64,000 nucleotides of DNA from an uncultured Neomegalonema sp. (GTDB lineage: Bacteria > Pseudomonadota > Alphaproteobacteria > Rhodobacterales > Rhodobacteraceae). A program made the position numbers and the translations under genes. Under the pieces are notes generated by a model. The model was not told the DNA's origin. It did no database searches and saw only the letters and a program-made list of their open reading frames with translations. Every line of letters begins with the position of its first letter. Within the stretch, counting starts at the first letter, position 1. Positions 58,898-64,000 of this stretch are shown in pieces. The stretch is from NCBI GenBank assembly GCA_937990185.1, contig CALKBI010000049.1, forward strand, positions 6,849-70,848, written 5' to 3'.

Positions 58898-59611
58898 CTA
58901 CCCACCCAAATACGCGGTTTGCACATCGGCATTGCCCCGGATTTCTTCAGGTGTGCCCTCGGCGAGAGTTTCGCCAAAGTTCAAGACGGTAATACGGTCT
59001 GCCAGTGCCATCACGACATTCATGTTATGCTCGATCAGCAGGACAGTGGCATCTTTCGCCACGGCACGGATCAACTCTTTGAAAGTCTCGATTTCGCCCT
59101 CTGACAAGCCTTGTGTCGGTTCATCAAGAATGAGGAGTTTGGGCGCAAGTGCAAGACCCATAGCGACTTCGAGTAATCTCTGATGTCCATAGGCTTGTGA
59201 TCCGGCGCGCTCGAATGCGCGGCTGCTAAGACCAACCCGTTCCAGCGCGACCATGGCGCGGTCTGCGGCGTCATTACTCGCGTTCAGGCTGGCTCTGCGT
59301 TGAGCCGGTAGCATAACGTTATCGTAGAGTGTCAAGTTCGGATAGATGCTTGTGATCTGGAAAGTATAGGCAATGCCGAGTGCAACCCGATCATGGGCAG
59401 GTAATCGCGTTATGTCACTTTCCTCAAAGTGAATCGCGCCTTGCGTGGGCGCGATGCGTCCACAAAGCAAGCTGACGAAAGTCGTCTTACCCGCTCCGTT
59501 CGGACCGATCACAGCGCGTATTTCTCCTTGTGGCAACGCGAATGCATCCACGTTCACAGCACGGAGGCCGCCGAAGTCTTTGATCAGATTTTTTGCGGAA
59601 AGCAGCGTCAT
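58898..59611 (-). CDS. livG: branched-chain amino acid-type ABC transporter ATP-binding protein (LivG-like)
   Basis: GPNGAGKTT and LILDEPTQGL. The ATG at 59611 overlaps the livM stop (ATGA). Confidence 0.88.
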   Translation of the reverse strand: MTLLSAKNLIKDFGGLRAVNVDAFALPQGEIRAVIGPNGAGKTTFVSLLCGRIAPTQGAIHFEESDITRLPAHDRVALGIAYTFQITSIYPNLTLYDNVMLPAQRRASLNASNDAADRAMVALERVGLSSRAFERAGSQAYGHQRLLEVAMGLALAPKLLILDEPTQGLSEGEIETFKELIRAVAKDATVLLIEHNMNVVMALADRITVLNFGETLAEGTPEEIRGNADVQTAYLGG

Positions 59612-60549
59612 GGTAACCATCCATCCGTGCGCCGCCTTATCGAGCCAAGAACACCTTTGCGCGCGAAGAGGATTAGCAAAACGAGCGCGACACCAACGAC
59701 GATTAGATAGGCTGTCGTGATCTCACGGGCATAATCTATCAGATAGAAAATCAGGATGGAGCCGACCAAGGGACCAAGCACCACGCCTGCTCCGCCAAGT
59801 AGGACAAAGAGCAAAGGCTCGATAGAATATTGGATAGACGCAAAACTTGCGCCGACTGATCCAAACAGCAATGCATAGGCTGCACCAGCAGCACCAGCAA
59901 ACGCTCCCGACACAACAACAGCGCCGAGCTTATAAGGGAACGGATTAAAGCCGAGCATTCTCGTGCGTTCTTCGTTTTCGCGAATGGCAATCAACACGCG
60001 GCCCGCTTTAGAGCGCACGATTGCCAGCGCAATCAACAAGCCAACGGAAAAGATCACCCACGCCGCAATGAAGCGCGTATCGTCAGCGGATAGGTCTATC
60101 ATGCCAATGGCGCGGTCGGCTTGAGGCAAGACAAAACCCTCATCACCGCGTGTATATTCGTTGAAGTAAAGCAGCGTCAGAAACCCTGCCTGCGCGAACA
60201 TGAGCGTGACAATCATAAAGGCAACGCCGGTTGTTCTCAGCGCAAGCGTGCCGATAAGAAATGCAAGCGCGGTAGCGGCAATGATGCCGGTCGGGAAAGC
60301 AGCAATCGCAGGAAAATCCCAGTACCGCATCGTCATACCGGCCCCGTACATCCCCGCTGCAAAAAACAGCGCATGGCCGAGACTCAGCAAGCCGGTATAT
60401 CCGAATAAAATATTATAGCCGGTCGCATAAGTCGCGAGCACCAAGATCCTTGCAAGGTTGCCTTGGTGATAGGGCGACATCACGTATTGCATCGCGAACA
60501 GCAATGCGATGACTGCAAGGTGTAGGATAAGAGCGCGATCAACCCTCAT
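59608..60549 (-). CDS. livM: branched-chain amino acid-type ABC permease (LivM-like)
   Basis: Multi-TM protein with a GYTGLLSLGHALFF motif. Confidence 0.85.
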   Translation of the reverse strand: MRVDRALILHLAVIALLFAMQYVMSPYHQGNLARILVLATYATGYNILFGYTGLLSLGHALFFAAGMYGAGMTMRYWDFPAIAAFPTGIIAATALAFLIGTLALRTTGVAFMIVTLMFAQAGFLTLLYFNEYTRGDEGFVLPQADRAIGMIDLSADDTRFIAAWVIFSVGLLIALAIVRSKAGRVLIAIRENEERTRMLGFNPFPYKLGAVVVSGAFAGAAGAAYALLFGSVGASFASIQYSIEPLLFVLLGGAGVVLGPLVGSILIFYLIDYAREITTAYLIVVGVALVLLILFARKGVLGSIRRRTDGWLP

Positions 60550-61454
60550 TGTGCTTTGGCTCCGAACAAACCTTGCGGACGGAACACAAGCACCATTGCA
60601 ACAACCAGCGTCGCGATAATCTTTGCAAGCGTGGGGGTGAAGAAAACTGAGATGATGCCGTCACTCATTCCGATCAACAGTGCGGCAATGAGCGTCCCGC
60701 GCAGACTGCCCAAGCCTCCGATGATGACGACGATGAAAGACAACAGCAGCGGGTCACCGCCCATCAAATAATCGGCTTGCTGAATGGGAACGATCAGCAC
60801 CGCCGACAATGCGGCGAGCGCAGCCCCAAAACCGAATGTCAGCGCGTAGACTTTTTCGACGGGAATACCAAAAGCCTGCGCTGTCTCGCGATCAAGCTGC
60901 GTTGCGCGCATGACGAGGCCCATTTTCGTCCGCGATAACAGCAACCAAACAGCAAGTAGAATCGTGATTGCAGCCGCAATAACAAACAGTTTGTAACTGG
61001 TGGTGAAAAGACCCCAGCCGACATTGCTGCCTTCGAACCACGGGATTTCAATCCGGTGATTGAACGGCGCTTCGACGGCTTGAGCGACAGGACCAAACGT
61101 CACCAAAGCGCCTTGCTGCAAGATATACAGTAAACCGATGGTGGCGACGATGGTTGCTTCCGGTTCATAATCGAGTCTTTTCAGAATCAACCAATCGGCA
61201 CTTGCAGCAATCGCCCCGACAAGCAGCGGAGCAATAATCAATGCGCCGACAAATCCGATTGCCGGATGTCCGGCTATATTGCTGGCGACGAACCACGCGA
61301 TCATCGCGCCAAGCATAAAGAACTCGCCATGCGCAACATTCACAACGCGCATCACTCCGAAGACCAGCGACAAGCCAAGCGCGGTGAGTGCCAGTACAGC
61401 CGCACCGACAGCACCATCAAGCGAGGCGAGCATAAGTTGAGGGCCGAGGTCCAA
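60546..61454 (-). CDS. livH: branched-chain amino acid-type ABC permease (LivH-like)
   Basis: VNVAHGEFFMLGA motif. Overlaps the livM start. Confidence 0.85.
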   Translation of the reverse strand: MDLGPQLMLASLDGAVGAAVLALTALGLSLVFGVMRVVNVAHGEFFMLGAMIAWFVASNIAGHPAIGFVGALIIAPLLVGAIAASADWLILKRLDYEPEATIVATIGLLYILQQGALVTFGPVAQAVEAPFNHRIEIPWFEGSNVGWGLFTTSYKLFVIAAAITILLAVWLLLSRTKMGLVMRATQLDRETAQAFGIPVEKVYALTFGFGAALAALSAVLIVPIQQADYLMGGDPLLLSFIVVIIGGLGSLRGTLIAALLIGMSDGIISVFFTPTLAKIIATLVVAMVLVFRPQGLFGAKAQ

Positions 61455-61554
61455 GAAAGATTCTCCAGTCCCATTAAACCAGGGGCATGATTTGAAATTT
61501 AGGACAATGCTTAGACGAATACCCCCGACCTATGCCGAGGGTAATCTATTTCCG

Positions 61555-62874
61555 TCAGAGTTTTTGTGTCGTGTAATCTACTTCGTCAGGGTAATAGCCG
61601 TCAAAGATCGAGGTCTTATGGACAGGAGTTAATCTGCCGCCCTCGACCTTTGAAATAAACTGATGGCCGAAAGATTGGTGAGTGCGGCCGTTGAACAGCT
61701 TGTCGCCCTGTGGATGCGCGCGGCTGTGGGGCATGACACCGATATTTTCCACAGCTTCGATGAGTTTGGCGCGGTCGTCCGGCCCGGAATAATCCGCTGC
61801 TTCCATGCCTGCTTTGATGATGTGCAGTGTCTCCCAACAGCCGAACATATGAGAGTAGGTTGCGATGTCTTTGCTGTCGCTAACCGATGCGCCGGTATCA
61901 TCCACGCCCACCGCTTTACGATAAAACGCGTCATGCTCTGACGACATATCGCTGGTGTAGCGTGGATTGCCTTCCCAGAAATATGATCCGTTGAGGAATT
62001 CCAAACCGGGGGTATTGATATCGACTGCTTCGAGCGAATCGAGAAATCCAAAAATCTCCGGTCCTCTGCCGCCGAAAAATTCACCAAGCTCTTTTACGAA
62101 TGTCAGTACCGCAGGACCAACCATGACATGGTAAAGCACATCCGTATCGCGGGGAATTTGAGGGAAGTATTTCGTAAAAGATTTTTCCGTCGGCGGAATT
62201 GCGATCTTGGCAACGACTTCGCCGCCTTGTTTCGCGATTGCTTCCGAGAAGAAATCGCGGTGATCATGGCCAAAGGCAAAATCAGGATAGATCATTGTGA
62301 CCTTTTTCCCGAGATTGTCTGCAACCCACGGGGCCATAGATTGCACTTGCGATTTTACATCTGTAATGCCGGGTTGCAGCGTGTAACGGTTTAATCCCCC
62401 GCTGGCGACATGGTGGCCTTCGGAAACGACGAAATACGGCATTTTCAGCTCACCCGCGCGCGGGGAAGACCCGATGACGACATGGCTGAACAACGTACCG
62501 AAGGCGACGTCTGTTTTATGCTGTGTTGCAAATTTTTCGATAACTTCAGCGCCGCGTTTAGGGTCCGTGCCATCATCTTCAGCGACGATTTCGATTTCAC
62601 GGCCATTGATGCCGCCTTCTTCATTAATCAGCTTAGCCGCCGCGCGGGTGGTGCGATCATACCAACGACCATAGGCAGCACCGATCCCGGTTTTATGAAC
62701 CTGAAATCCGATTTTGATTGGTTCGGATGACTGGGCTTGAATGTACGGAACCATCCCCGGAAGCATTTGCGTTCCCGCTGCGAACGCACCAACCGCGGCA
62801 GCGCCCTTGAGCAAAGAGCGGCGATTTTCATCAACAGGTGTTTCCGTTGCTTTTGGCGTTGCTTGATCGGTCAT
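61555..62874 (-). CDS. ABC transporter substrate-binding protein (type I PBP, Liv/amide family) with Tat signal
   Basis: NRRSLLKGAAAVGAFAAG twin-arginine signal, then a PBP1-like body (IKIGFQVHKTG...). Start at MTDQATP (ATG 62874). Confidence 0.85.
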   Translation of the reverse strand: MTDQATPKATETPVDENRRSLLKGAAAVGAFAAGTQMLPGMVPYIQAQSSEPIKIGFQVHKTGIGAAYGRWYDRTTRAAAKLINEEGGINGREIEIVAEDDGTDPKRGAEVIEKFATQHKTDVAFGTLFSHVVIGSSPRAGELKMPYFVVSEGHHVASGGLNRYTLQPGITDVKSQVQSMAPWVADNLGKKVTMIYPDFAFGHDHRDFFSEAIAKQGGEVVAKIAIPPTEKSFTKYFPQIPRDTDVLYHVMVGPAVLTFVKELGEFFGGRGPEIFGFLDSLEAVDINTPGLEFLNGSYFWEGNPRYTSDMSSEHDAFYRKAVGVDDTGASVSDSKDIATYSHMFGCWETLHIIKAGMEAADYSGPDDRAKLIEAVENIGVMPHSRAHPQGDKLFNGRTHQSFGHQFISKVEGGRLTPVHKTSIFDGYYPDEVDYTTQKL

Positions 62875-62942
62875 CGCTATATCCTCCGGTTCTCTATCTT
62901 TTGCGAAAGGATTGAGCGCGCGCCGCAGAATGTCCAGCAAAA

Positions 62943-64000
62943 TTAAGCTGTCGGTTGCGCCAGCAACCATAGTCCAAAGAAAGTGTATGCCACCATCAAT
63001 ACTGCCAGCGGTATTTGCCCTATTGCGGCGCGTCGGCTGTCTCGCCAGAGATCAAGCGCCATATGATGCGCGACGCAGACGGCAATGACATGCCCCGCGA
63101 TGATTGCTCCCGATTGAACCTGCCAAATTAATGATACGCTTTCTCTCGTATTTAAGAACGAGGTGGTGACGTAAAACTGGCCCAAGTTCAGAAAATCAGC
63201 ACCGGTTGCCATCGGGTCGGTTGCGGCGGCGAGTGCATACTGTCCATTGACCAAAAGCGCGATCAGGTAATGAGCGAAATGATAGGCCAGTGAGATCGGA
63301 ATGATAGAGAGAGCCAAGCGGCATACTGCTTTGCGCAGTGAAGGCGGTGTTCGGGTCAACCAAAGTCCCAGCATCAGGCTGAAGATAAAGATACCGGATA
63401 GTAAGGTCGCGGCGAAAAACAGACCGTTGGTGTTCTGATCTATTACGGCTGAGCGACCGGGAAACTCCAACGGATTAATGCCTAGTTGCGCGAGCCACCA
63501 CCATGTCTCGCTCGTACCATCGAAGGATACCGTCGCTAAGGCGATTAACACAAACAAAGCCCCCGATAGTGATGGTGGAGGAGAATGAATCAGACCTGCT
63601 CCGGGGAAAGAAAGCGTCACGCGAATAAGCTTATCCCGATTGAACCGAAGCGGCGCGAGCCTGCCAATAAATTCGAAAAAGACATGTAGGAACTCTCCGC
63701 GCTCCAGCCATACCCGTTCCCCGAAAGCCATCATCGCTAACAATGTCACGGCCCAGTAAATTGAAACAGCGGTTGCAACGCGCGCCGGATCATCCGGGGC
63801 TAGATCAACGATTTCAAACCAGCCGAACGCAAGCAACCCGATTAATGCGGGGGTATATCCGATCTGCTCGGGCAATCGCAGGGGCGGCGAGCGTGCCGCG
63901 ATAAGCCGGACCAACCCGCTCCACGGATTCAGCAAGCTCCATAGATTGCCGAAAATCGCACAGGCGATTGTCAGTCCGATCCAGAGCAATGTCCAAACGG
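62943..64000 (-). CDS. hypothetical polytopic membrane protein (reading frame open to the window edge)
   Basis: More than 350 aa with many hydrophobic segments. The frame has no stop up to position 64000, so the true start may lie outside the window. No domain recognised. Confidence 0.5.
   Translation of the reverse strand, partial: VWTLLWIGLTIACAIFGNLWSLLNPWSGLVRLIAARSPPLRLPEQIGYTPALIGLLAFGWFEIVDLAPDDPARVATAVSIYWAVTLLAMMAFGERVWLERGEFLHVFFEFIGRLAPLRFNRDKLIRVTLSFPGAGLIHSPPPSLSGALFVLIALATVSFDGTSETWWWLAQLGINPLEFPGRSAVIDQNTNGLFFAATLLSGIFIFSLMLGLWLTRTPPSLRKAVCRLALSIIPISLAYHFAHYLIALLVNGQYALAAATDPMATGADFLNLGQFYVTTSFLNTRESVSLIWQVQSGAIIAGHVIAVCVAHHMALDLWRDSRRAAIGQIPLAVLMVAYTFFGLWLLAQPTA

Overview
This is a 64 kb chromosomal window from an alphaproteobacterium-like genome. 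The evidence is groESL with a CIRCE operator, plant-type gshA, a coxD/E/F-like maturation cluster and split metH parts. I estimate GC in the low-to-mid 50s percent by eye; it was not computed. Most of the window is tightly packed housekeeping DNA with frequent ATGA start/stop overlaps:
- Biosynthesis and stress: cysQ-cysNC, purH, groESL, efp, suhB, rnd, sufE, trmB, gshA, glcB.
- Transport: a dipeptide-type ABC system and a Liv-type ABC system.
- Molybdoenzyme maturation: MoxR/VWA/XdhC/MocA genes.
- Other: AcnX and split methionine-synthase parts.

I found no rRNA, tRNA, CRISPR array or intact transposase.

Several small accessory patches, which look AT-richer by eye, interrupt this backbone:
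1. 43100-46768: a single 1222-aa gene between long AT-rich spacers. It encodes an N-terminal SIR2 (ThsA/DSR-like) domain, a ~350-aa acidic disordered linker and 13 uninterrupted 35-residue TPR-like repeats. This is my top candidate for an undescribed defence or NAD-linked system. The canonical catalytic His is replaced by Tyr.
2. 5523-7371: a 1.8 kb islet bounded by a perfect 34-bp direct repeat of a bidirectional terminator. It carries a truncated integrase, a Sec-signal CAE...CxxC deaminase-like toxin and an adjacent small AT-rich putative immunity gene.
3. 30105-33125: a 1006-aa beta-helix-like protein built from in-frame 552-bp near-identical tandem repeats.
4. 33300-36379: a translationally coupled pair (alpha/beta-hydrolase + SAM-methyltransferase fusion, then PAP2-like membrane domain + dual-specificity-phosphatase fusion) with tandem palindromic operators upstream.
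5. 20450-21643: an inserted hypothetical gene next to an HxlR remnant.
6. 52419-53659: an orphan TadE-like gene pair.

A candidate ~100-nt sRNA with a CCUCCC anti-SD motif and a strong terminator lies at about 27607-27715 on the minus strand. All functional calls come from motif recognition in the translations. No database search was run.
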